From an uncultured Alphaproteobacteria bacterium (GTDB taxonomy: Bacteria; Pseudomonadota; Alphaproteobacteria; CAAHEQ01; UBA3637): a stretch of 64,000 bases of DNA. The notes under the pieces were generated by a model, which saw nothing but the letters and a program-made list of their open reading frames with translations, had not been told where the DNA came from and made no database searches. This document shows, in pieces, positions 50,446-59,059 of the stretch (position 1 is its first letter; each line of letters begins with the position of its first letter). The DNA lies in the NCBI GenBank assembly GCA_947627155.1, contig CANQUX010000006.1, forward strand, positions 10,894-74,893, written 5' to 3'. A program made the translations under genes and the position numbers.

Positions 50446-50985
50446 TTATTGCTTCGGCTTGGTAATCAGTTTCACCCGCGGTGCCGATTGAGATTTTCCG
50501 CCTCTGGAATGATAATGAAACGTACCGTCATAGGCAAAACATTCGCCGGCTTTGGGTAAAATCACATCATCATATTGATAAGATTTGCCTTTTTCCGCTT
50601 CAACATAAACCGTTTTTCCCGCAGCGCAGAAAAAGTTTTTCTCTTGCATGGAACATGTTTTTCCCATAGCAAACGTTTTAAATATTTGATATAACCGCAC
50701 ACCGATAATATCGGCACACTTTAACGGTTCTTTTGCAGGCGTTACGGCCATTGCTTGTTTTTTCGGCTTTTTTTGTGCGGATTTTTTCACGAACGCTTTC
50801 TTTTTCGATGTTTGAACGGTTTTTGATGCTTTTGAAACTTTTTGCACCGATTTTGTTTTCTGAACGGATTTTTGAACGGGTGCTTGAATTTCCGCAACAT
50901 TCGCAGGCTCGGTAACAGGCTCGTCAACGGTTTTCAAAGCACAGCCCCCTAAAACAATTAAACCGCACAAAAGCAACTTTTTCAT
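50446..50985 (-). CDS. Hypothetical lipoprotein
   Basis: MKKLLLCGLIVLGG-C lipobox; Lys-rich linker; 4 Cys in the C-terminal domain. Confidence 0.75.
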   Translation of the reverse strand: MKKLLLCGLIVLGGCALKTVDEPVTEPANVAEIQAPVQKSVQKTKSVQKVSKASKTVQTSKKKAFVKKSAQKKPKKQAMAVTPAKEPLKCADIIGVRLYQIFKTFAMGKTCSMQEKNFFCAAGKTVYVEAEKGKSYQYDDVILPKAGECFAYDGTFHYHSRGGKSQSAPRVKLITKPKQ

Positions 50986-51091
50986 TTTAAATCCTCACTT
51001 TCGTTTGCAACATAAACCATAAAAGCATTATATCAGCTTCAAGCATATTTGCAAGAAAAAATTTTAAAGAATCTTATTTGAAACAGCTTTT

Positions 51092-51868
51092 TTATGCCAG
51101 TCCGGAAGAATCTCTTCCGTTTGTCAACGGTTGCACCGAATGAGGCGCCGAATCAGACACAGATGTTGCTCCGTTTTCCGAAAGCGTTAATCTTAAATGA
51201 GAATCTGCCTTATTTTCTGCATTATTTTTCTCTAATGATGAAGTCGGTGCTTCCCGCGACATATTGTTATCGACGACATTATTTTTATAAACATTAACAA
51301 GTTTACCGTTATCATCATATTGATAAGTTTCAACCGGTTCATCATTTTCATAAAGAGTGCGTTCATAAACGGCACCGTTTTTAGAGCTTTCGAATGTTCC
51401 GTTTTTTTTATCGTTTTTATAAGTGCCCGTTGTAATGTAAACATCCTTATCTATCACTTTTTTCTCGTGATAAGAGCCGTTTTTCTTTCCTTTTTTATAT
51501 TCGGCTTTCACTGTTCTGTATAGTTCTTTACCGTCGGAATATTCATAATCAAACCACAAGCCCTCTCGACCGTTATCCGATACGGCTCCCTCCGCCACTT
51601 TTAAGCTTTTATAGGTAACACGCATAAATTTATCTTTTTGCAACACAACAATCCGATTATCGTTTATATCTTTGTTATGATAGTAATCTTTCGCTTTAAC
51701 AACGGCACTATCTTCCCTCATAAGTGAAGCGGAATCAAACACCACATTGAGTGGAAGCGTTACCACATCAGTTATGACATCATAAGCAAATCCGAACACG
51801 TTGCCAACCGCATCAACGGTTTTACCAAAAAATGATTTTTTATCGGAATCGGTATTTTGCATTTTCAC
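51092..51868 (-). CDS. Hypothetical protein with MORN-variant-like repeats
   Basis: YKKGKKNGSY, YKNDKKNGTF, YDDNGKL. Confidence 0.65.
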   Translation of the reverse strand: MKMQNTDSDKKSFFGKTVDAVGNVFGFAYDVITDVVTLPLNVVFDSASLMREDSAVVKAKDYYHNKDINDNRIVVLQKDKFMRVTYKSLKVAEGAVSDNGREGLWFDYEYSDGKELYRTVKAEYKKGKKNGSYHEKKVIDKDVYITTGTYKNDKKNGTFESSKNGAVYERTLYENDEPVETYQYDDNGKLVNVYKNNVVDNNMSREAPTSSLEKNNAENKADSHLRLTLSENGATSVSDSAPHSVQPLTNGRDSSGLA

Positions 51869-52030
51869 CTCTTTTTGTTATTATATCAAATTATAATTTA
51901 AAATGCAAGCACAAAAAAACAAGGTATTGTTTTTTATAAAATCTCCTGCGCTTTTTGCGTTTTGCTTTTTTTACTTGAAAAAATAAAAAAGTTTGTTAAA
52001 ATAAAACCTCTTTTTTGAAAACGAGGACTT

Positions 52031-53614
52031 ATGAGTGAAAATTTAAACAATATTGTTTCAAAACGGCGTACGTTTGCCATTATTTCCCACCCCGATGCCG
52101 GTAAAACCACTTTAACCGAAAAATTATTGCTGTTCGGGGGCGCTATCAATCAGGCGGGAGCGGTAAAAGCGCGCGGCGAAAACAGACGGGCACATTCCGA
52201 CTGGATGAAAGTTGAACAAGAACGCGGTATTTCCGTTGCCTCATCGGTCATGAGTTTTGATTACGGCGGTTGTGCGTTTAATTTGTTGGATACGCCCGGG
52301 CATGAAGACTTTTCGGAAGATACGTATCGCGTGTTAACGGCAGTCGATTCGGCCGTTATGGTGATTGACTGCGCCAAAGGCATTGAGGCACAAACAAAAA
52401 AGCTGTTTGAAGTTTGTCGTTTGCGAGATATTCCCATCATTACCTTTATTAACAAGCTGGATCGCGACGGACAGGAACCGTTTGCGCTGCTGGAAGAAAT
52501 TGAGCAGACTTTGGCGCTTGATGTCACGCCGGCCGTGTGGCCGATCGGTATGGGTCGCGACTTTAAAGGCTGTTTTAATTTATTGACCGACAGTTTAAAT
52601 CTGTTTGAAAAAGGCGAAAAAGGAGCTTTGCCGAAAGAGGGCGCCCATATTGAGGGAATTGATGATGAAAAACTGGATGCCCTTTTGCCGGCCGATCAGG
52701 TGGCGGCGTTGCGTGAAGGCGTTGAAATGGCGCGCGGATTATGTCCGGCATTTGATAAGCAAGCCTATTTGGAGGGCTCGTTAACGCCTGTTTTCTTCGG
52801 GTCGGCCGTTAATAATTTCGGCGTTCGGGAATTATTAGAGGCGCTCATTGCTTTTGCGCCTGCGCCCAAAGAGCAAAAAACACCCGAACGAACGGTTTTG
52901 CCGACGGAAGAAAAAGTATCGGGTTTTGTGTTTAAAATTCAAGCAAATATGGATCCCAAACATCGCGATCGCATTGCTTTTATGCGTTTATGTTCGGGGC
53001 ATTTCAAGCGCGGTATGAAATTAACGCATTTACGCACACAAAAACAAGTGATTTTGCATAATCCCGTTATGTTTTTGGCGCAAGACAGAGCCTTGGCGGA
53101 AGAAGCCTTTGCCGGCGATATTATCGGCCTGCCCAATCATGGCGGATTAAGAATCGGCGATGTATTTTCGGAAGGTGAAACGTTAACGTTTAAAGGAATT
53201 CCCTCCTTTGCGCCGGAATTATTGAAAAAAGTGCGCGCGCAAGATCCGTTAAAAGCCAAACATTTGGCCAAAGCGCTTGATCAAATAGCCGAAGAAGGCG
53301 GTGCGAGCATTTTTAAGCCCGTTCACGGGTTCGAGTGGATTGTGGGCGTTGTGGGCGCGTTGCAGTTTGAAATTTTAGCCGATCGTATTCGCACGGAGTT
53401 TGATATTCCCGTTATTTTTGAGCCGACTTCTTATTACACGGCGCGCTGGGTGCAAGGCAATAAAGAGCAGCTGCAAAAGTTTGAATCGGCAAATGCCGTG
53501 ACTTTGGCAACGGATCACGACGGTGATACGGTTTTTTTGGCGCGCAATGCTTGGCATTTAAACAAGGCGCAGGAAGATTATCCCGATTTACGGTTTTTAA
53601 AAGTTAAAGAATAA
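52031..53614 (+). CDS. prfC: Peptide chain release factor 3
   Basis: RRTFAIISHPDAGKTTLTEK, DTPGHEDFSEDTYR, FKIQANMDPKHRDR. Confidence 0.97.
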   Translation: MSENLNNIVSKRRTFAIISHPDAGKTTLTEKLLLFGGAINQAGAVKARGENRRAHSDWMKVEQERGISVASSVMSFDYGGCAFNLLDTPGHEDFSEDTYRVLTAVDSAVMVIDCAKGIEAQTKKLFEVCRLRDIPIITFINKLDRDGQEPFALLEEIEQTLALDVTPAVWPIGMGRDFKGCFNLLTDSLNLFEKGEKGALPKEGAHIEGIDDEKLDALLPADQVAALREGVEMARGLCPAFDKQAYLEGSLTPVFFGSAVNNFGVRELLEALIAFAPAPKEQKTPERTVLPTEEKVSGFVFKIQANMDPKHRDRIAFMRLCSGHFKRGMKLTHLRTQKQVILHNPVMFLAQDRALAEEAFAGDIIGLPNHGGLRIGDVFSEGETLTFKGIPSFAPELLKKVRAQDPLKAKHLAKALDQIAEEGGASIFKPVHGFEWIVGVVGALQFEILADRIRTEFDIPVIFEPTSYYTARWVQGNKEQLQKFESANAVTLATDHDGDTVFLARNAWHLNKAQEDYPDLRFLKVKE

Positions 53615-53634
53615 GTATTTGATTTTTCAATTTT

Positions 53635-53688
53635 CTATCGGCGGGTGGGACAGACGGCTTTATGTCGTCTGTCGCTATGGGCCGATAG
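53635..53688. repeat. REP-like hairpin repeat
   Basis: CTATCGGCGGGTGGG-ACAGACGGC-TTTAT-GTCGTCTGT-CGCTATGGGCCGATAG. Confidence 0.7.
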
Positions 53689-53898
53689 GGAAAAAAGAGA
53701 GTGCTGCGTTACTTCCTCCTGCCAATAAAGGAAAATGCCGTATCATAAAAAATCTCTTTAAAAACATTATTTTGTTAATAACACATCTTTAAAAACAAAA
53801 CGCATGCGCACCAAAAGAGAATTGATTAAAAAAAGCAATAAAAAAATCCGCTCTCGCTAAACAAGAGCGGATAAAAGAGCAAATTTAATTAAAAATTA

Positions 53899-55122
53899 TT
53901 ATCTGCCCCCATTAGCACTGCTAAATACGACATTGCCCGGCTGATTCTTATCGTCAGACTGATTCTTTGTGTTGTCGTCAGCAATCTTATCCCAATTTTC
54001 ATCAAAAACGCTTTTGCTATCGAACCCTTCTAAGAGTTTCTTATAATCCAACATCTCAGAACTGCGACTGTTCTTTCTAAGTGTGTCTCTGACTCCGCCA
54101 TTGCTCGCAGACGGCTCCTCCTTCGCCACCGCTACAGAATTACCATCACTAAATCTGCCAACGCTATGGGGAGCTAAATATGCGCTCGGTTCTGCCAAAG
54201 CCGGGCGATTACTAAAAGACAACTGTTCCGTGTTGTAATTGTCATCTCCGGTAATAAATTCTTTGACATTGTTAACAACTTTATCGACACCGTCAGAAAT
54301 GTTTTCGACAACTTCTTCGGTATTCACTTTCAATCTCCCTATCCAGCCGGGTTTGTCTTCTTCATAGCGTTTCTGCGCTTCTTGAAACTCTTTTTCCTGT
54401 CCTGTTTCCTTTGCATATTCTTCTAATTTATTCCAATCAGCATTATGCATACGCTTATAATATGAGGAAGAAAACATTTCTGCCGTTTCTTGTCCAAGCG
54501 GAAGCTCAGAATTTGATAAAAGGGAGACAGGAGCGCCACTCCATCCGGGTTTATATCCGTCAGGATTGTACGGAACATCAATGGTTGCGTGGCGCAGAAA
54601 TCCAAATTCATCATACTCCACCGTTATACCATTCCCACTTTCGCGTTGAACAATATTGGTCTCTTCATTATATGTATATTTGCGTTTCTCTTCCTCTTCT
54701 GCCGATTTGACATCTTCTTTATTTTCGGGATTCGTTATAAGCACTGATTCTTTCTTACGGGCTTCTTCTTCCTCACGGCGTTCTGTCTCGCAGCGTTCTT
54801 TCAATGCTTGAAACTCCGATGCACTCATAAATTTTGCTAATTCGTCCCAATTAGCATTTTCCATTCGTTTACTAAGTTTGGAAGTAACCCGTTCCGCAAT
54901 TTTATTATAAATATGCGTACCCGGCTTAATATGAGCAAAATAGAATAATTTTTCCCCATCTTCTGTTTTTTCATATCTCGGAGCACGAATTGCAATATCC
55001 AGAAGCCTTCCATCATACTGATCATAATAAGCAAATACACAACCTACTCTTTCCCTGGTAACAACACCGTCATTATACCATACTTCATGATTGCCGGATT
55101 TAATTTCATGATTTTCTGCCAT
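53899..55122 (-). CDS. Hypothetical acidic protein with two-fold internal repeat
   Basis: 407 aa; AAGGAG RBS; KRMENANWDEL / KRMHNADWNKL repeat. Confidence 0.75.
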   Translation of the reverse strand: MAENHEIKSGNHEVWYNDGVVTRERVGCVFAYYDQYDGRLLDIAIRAPRYEKTEDGEKLFYFAHIKPGTHIYNKIAERVTSKLSKRMENANWDELAKFMSASEFQALKERCETERREEEEARKKESVLITNPENKEDVKSAEEEEKRKYTYNEETNIVQRESGNGITVEYDEFGFLRHATIDVPYNPDGYKPGWSGAPVSLLSNSELPLGQETAEMFSSSYYKRMHNADWNKLEEYAKETGQEKEFQEAQKRYEEDKPGWIGRLKVNTEEVVENISDGVDKVVNNVKEFITGDDNYNTEQLSFSNRPALAEPSAYLAPHSVGRFSDGNSVAVAKEEPSASNGGVRDTLRKNSRSSEMLDYKKLLEGFDSKSVFDENWDKIADDNTKNQSDDKNQPGNVVFSSANGGR

Positions 55123-55164
55123 TTTAAAACTCCTTTTATGTTTATGACTGTCCTATTATACATT

Positions 55165-55327
55165 AAACGTACCTTTAATTCACCGTTTTTTTAGACAACT
55201 TTCCTTAAAAACGAGGGTTTCACAGGGAGGGCAAAAACTCAATAAAAATCAAAAAAGTATGGAAAAAACAAAAAAATGCTAAAAAGATAAAAAACATTAA
55301 AAAAAGTGTTGCAAAAAACGTACGTTT
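55165..55327. promoter_or_regulatory. Invertible promoter cassette 8 (degenerate B arm proximal, predicted OFF)
   Basis: AAACGTACCTTTAATTCACC 55165-55184 and GTTGCAAAAAACGTACGTTT 55308-55327; current state GTGAAT-17-TATAAT, flipped state TTGCAA-17-TATAAT. Confidence 0.78.
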
Positions 55328-55592
55328 TTTTGATGCATATCCAAAAAAAAATCGCCTTGATGAGAGGTGACCGAAAGTTAAGAACTATTGAAACGATATA
55401 GTGCAGTATATTGACCAAAAGGCTATTTTATCGCCTTCCGGTTGTTCGATTCTTTGCCTTGTTTATAAAAACAAGAAGAAAATCTGTCCTTTTATCAGGA
55501 TACAAAAAAAGAGATTCTCAAGCCTCGGGATACAGGTCTTATTTTCAACGCACCGCTCTTACAAAAAAACAGACGCTTAAAAACGTCTGTTT

Positions 55593-55678
55593 TGGTGCGG
55601 TTAAGAAGACTCGAACTTCCACGGATATTCTCCACAGCGACCTCAACGCTGAGCGTCTACCAATTCCGCCATAACCGC
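55593..55678 (-). tRNA. tRNA-Leu(GAG)
   Basis: GCGGTTATGGCGGAATTGGTAGACGC...TT-GAG-GT...long variable arm...GTTCGAGT...CCA. Confidence 0.95.
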
Positions 55679-55817
55679 ATAATATTTATTTTGTTTATCA
55701 GATTTCTGACAAAATTGCAAGCATTTTTTGCATATTCATAACTTTTTTTCATCTCGCATTTTTTTATCTTGTTATTATCTTTAAAATGGGTATAATTGTT
55801 TTTTAAAAGGAGGAAAT

Positions 55818-56423
55818 ATGACCATTCAATTACAAAATCTGCCGTATGCGGAAAATACACTGGCGCCCGTTATCAGCGAAAAAACCGTTCAATTTCATTA
55901 TCATAAACATCATGCCGGATATGTGCAAAAAACAAATGAGCTTATTGATAACACCGATTTGGAAAATAAATCGTTGGAAGAAATTATCTTAACGGCAGCA
56001 AGCGATTCGGTTTATCAAACACTGTTTAACAATGCCGCACAAGCGTGGAATCATCAATTTTATTGGCAAAGCTTAAAGCCGAATGCCGCCGCTTCACCCG
56101 TTCCCGAACAATTAAAAACCGCCATTGAACGCGATTTCGGATCGGTTGAAGAATTAAAAAAGCAGCTTCAAGCCAAAGGGTTGGCTCAATTCGGCAGCGG
56201 CTGGGTCTGGTTGGTGGCGGAAAACGGAAAACTCTCGGTTCTCTCAACCTCAAACGCACAAACGCCTCTCACAAACGGCGCTCAAAAACCGTTACTCACC
56301 ATTGATGTTTGGGAACATGCCTATTATTTGGATTCGCAAAACAATCGAGCCGCTTATTTGCAAAACGTGATAAATCATCTTCTAAACTGGGAATTTGCCG
56401 CTCAAAACTTAACGGGAGAATAA
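55818..56423 (+). CDS. sodB: Fe/Mn superoxide dismutase (Fe-type)
   Basis: HYHKHH, FNNAAQAWNH, FGSGW, DVWEHAYY. Confidence 0.92.
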   Translation: MTIQLQNLPYAENTLAPVISEKTVQFHYHKHHAGYVQKTNELIDNTDLENKSLEEIILTAASDSVYQTLFNNAAQAWNHQFYWQSLKPNAAASPVPEQLKTAIERDFGSVEELKKQLQAKGLAQFGSGWVWLVAENGKLSVLSTSNAQTPLTNGAQKPLLTIDVWEHAYYLDSQNNRAAYLQNVINHLLNWEFAAQNLTGE

Positions 56424-56427
56424 TTTA

Positions 56428-57402
56428 ATGAGAATTTTAGTTGTCGGCGGTGCCGGATATATCGGCGCACACGTTGTGAAAGCCTTATTAGAGGCCGATA
56501 TTTCCGTTCGCGTGTTCGATGATTTATCCACAGGGCAGAAAATTAACCTTTTTGAGCAGGCAGAGTTTATTGAAAATACCATTTTAAACGAAAAAGCCTT
56601 AGAGGAAGCCTTAACCGATGTTGACGGCGTTATTCATTTAGCTGCCAAAAAGGCCGTCGGCGAATCAATGACAAATCCCGAAAAATATGCCCTCAATAAC
56701 ATCACCGGCACTTTAAATTTATTAAACGCCATGACGAAAAAAAATGTTAAAAATATTGTTTTTTCATCATCGGCCGCGGTTTACGGAACGCCGCTTTATC
56801 CGAAAGTCGATGAAGCGCATCCGGTCAATCCCATCAATTTTTACGGCTTCACAAAATTGGAAATTGAACGCTTTTTGGAATGGTATGATCGGTTAAAAGG
56901 CATTAAATTCATTGCTCTGCGCTATTTCAACGCTGTCGGATACGATGCAACCGGCGCCATTCAAGGATTGGAAAAAAATCCGCAAAACTTACTGCCCGTT
57001 ATTATGGAAACCATTGTCGGCATTCGGAAAAAAATGTTCATTTACGGCACCGATTATGCAACGCCGGACGGCACCTGCATTCGTGATTATATTCATGTTT
57101 CCGATTTGGCAAGTGCGCATGTTCTGGCCTTAAATTATTTGCTGAAAGAACATAAAAGTCAAATTTTAAACTTGGGAACCGAAACCGGACACAGCGTTTT
57201 GGAAATGGTTGAGCGAACCGAACAGCTGATTAAGCCGTTTCCGCACGAAAATGCTCCCCGGCGAGCCGGTGATCCGGCGCAGTTAACCGCTGTTTCGCAC
57301 AAAGCACACGAATTACTCGGGTGGACACCGACACACAGTCATTTGGATAACATTATTCTATCAACATGGACGCTGTATCAAAAACATTTTTTGAAAAGCT
57401 GA
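56428..57402 (+). CDS. galE: UDP-glucose 4-epimerase
   Basis: GGAGYIG, KAVGES, FSSSAAVYG, YGFTK, LRYFN, DGTCIRDYIHV. Confidence 0.93.
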   Translation: MRILVVGGAGYIGAHVVKALLEADISVRVFDDLSTGQKINLFEQAEFIENTILNEKALEEALTDVDGVIHLAAKKAVGESMTNPEKYALNNITGTLNLLNAMTKKNVKNIVFSSSAAVYGTPLYPKVDEAHPVNPINFYGFTKLEIERFLEWYDRLKGIKFIALRYFNAVGYDATGAIQGLEKNPQNLLPVIMETIVGIRKKMFIYGTDYATPDGTCIRDYIHVSDLASAHVLALNYLLKEHKSQILNLGTETGHSVLEMVERTEQLIKPFPHENAPRRAGDPAQLTAVSHKAHELLGWTPTHSHLDNIILSTWTLYQKHFLKS

Positions 57403-57434
57403 CAACTCCCCTGCCCTTAACATGTAAATTGCTT

Positions 57435-58823
57435 TTACCGTTGTTTTTGCTTATCTGATTTTATGTGATTAAACAAACATCGATAATAATACGGATCAAA
57501 ATTTGTTTCCATCTGATTTTGTAAATGTTTCATCATCATTTGATTGATGTGACTTGATAAAGCAAAATGAATTAAGGCATTACGCGGATTGTTTTTTGCT
57601 TGTCGTATATAAACCGTTAACGAATCCAATCGCGGCCTTAAATCTTTCGCCGTTAAAAAACCCAAATAGCGCCCTTCCATTAATTGTGCGTAAGCATTAA
57701 ATTGATTATTTTCGTTATTATTGAATTGCCGCCGAAAATCAAGCTTATCAATTTGGGAAACAAAATATTCATAAGCCTTTTTAACCGGCATTTTTTCGGC
57801 TGAATGCAACTGCTGAAATCTTTCAAACAAATCAACAAACAAAAAATCATTGGCTCTGGATTGATAAGCCCATGAATCAAATATTTTACCGATTAACTCG
57901 GCCGTTTTTCTTAATTGAGGCGCTGTCAGATTCATTTTTTTTATTTGATCAAAACATAACAGCGCGGTCATTTTGGAAGATTTATCCATGTGAGCTCTCA
58001 CGGCTTTCGGCATTTGTCGAATATAAGACGAATAAGGCCTTAAAAGCCATTTAATATAATCGGCCTGCGTATTTAAAGAGGCATAATAAAATGCCCGCAT
58101 TTTACGCTCTCTTTCAATTTCTAACGGCGTATATTGATTAGAATCAAACGACAGGTTTTGAAACACTTTTAAATAATGGAAAAAAGCTTTTTGAAACAAA
58201 GGTGTATAAATATAACGACATTGATTTTCGGAGTCGGCTTCCAATGCAATTTGCGCCCCCAAAGCGGCTTTTTCCGCCTCCTCGATTAAGAAGAAGCGAA
58301 TGGTTTCCGTTTCCGTGAGATTTTGATAATCCTGATAAGCGGAAGCCTTGCCGTCGTTAATCGGCTCAAACGGATGCGGCGACAGCGGCACAAACCGTTT
58401 TCGATCAACAATATGTGCCAATTCGTGCATAAACGTCGTTACAAAAATTCTTTGAGGTTTTTGCAATATATATCGAGAAAATATCACTTCATTTCCGTTG
58501 GCTGCACCGTTCAAATTTTTTAAATCGGCACATGAAAACGTAATTCCGGCGGGAATTGAGCGCAGCCATAGCCGTGCCGTCGGCAACCGATTGGCAAACA
58601 CAAGCGTTTCGTGAATAATTTGCGCAAATGTTTTTTTCTCAAAACAATCAGCCGATATTTGCTGCCGAATCATTTTATTTTGATTTTGAATGTGAAATGA
58701 TTTGTATAATGCTTCAATTTCTCCGTCCGTTAACAAAGGATTAAATGCCTTTCGTCTTTCGGGTGAAACACTTTCAAGCGGATTTAAGCGATAAAAAACA
58801 CTGTCAATCGGCGGATAAATCAT
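57435..58823 (-). CDS. Hypothetical protein with HExxH motif
   Basis: 462 aa; TFMHELAHIVD followed by IEEAEKAA. Confidence 0.6.
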   Translation of the reverse strand: MIYPPIDSVFYRLNPLESVSPERRKAFNPLLTDGEIEALYKSFHIQNQNKMIRQQISADCFEKKTFAQIIHETLVFANRLPTARLWLRSIPAGITFSCADLKNLNGAANGNEVIFSRYILQKPQRIFVTTFMHELAHIVDRKRFVPLSPHPFEPINDGKASAYQDYQNLTETETIRFFLIEEAEKAALGAQIALEADSENQCRYIYTPLFQKAFFHYLKVFQNLSFDSNQYTPLEIERERKMRAFYYASLNTQADYIKWLLRPYSSYIRQMPKAVRAHMDKSSKMTALLCFDQIKKMNLTAPQLRKTAELIGKIFDSWAYQSRANDFLFVDLFERFQQLHSAEKMPVKKAYEYFVSQIDKLDFRRQFNNNENNQFNAYAQLMEGRYLGFLTAKDLRPRLDSLTVYIRQAKNNPRNALIHFALSSHINQMMMKHLQNQMETNFDPYYYRCLFNHIKSDKQKQR

Positions 58824-59059
58824 GGAATACCTTTTTTTAAAAATCTGATTTAAAAATATCTTATTTTTCTCTTTCTGTCAAGAACGTTTTTATGTTTTTA
58901 TTTGTCTTTAAAAGCACAGTTATCAACTGATATTTGTTTTTGTTTGTTTTTCTCAACTTTTTCAGAAAAAAATTTAAAAGAACCATTTTTTTATTGCTTT
59001 TCTCATTCAAATACGTTATAATCACACATAACATCAACAAAAAACGCAAAGAGTGATAA

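Noticed and set aside
21597-55327. Cassettes as MITEs or IS remnants
   Set aside because: No target-site duplications; every copy sits at promoter spacing from a -10; flanks continue the site palindrome. A mobile ancestry is not excluded.
53899-55592. tRNA-Leu-integrated island
   Set aside because: No integrase and no duplicated tRNA 3' end found.
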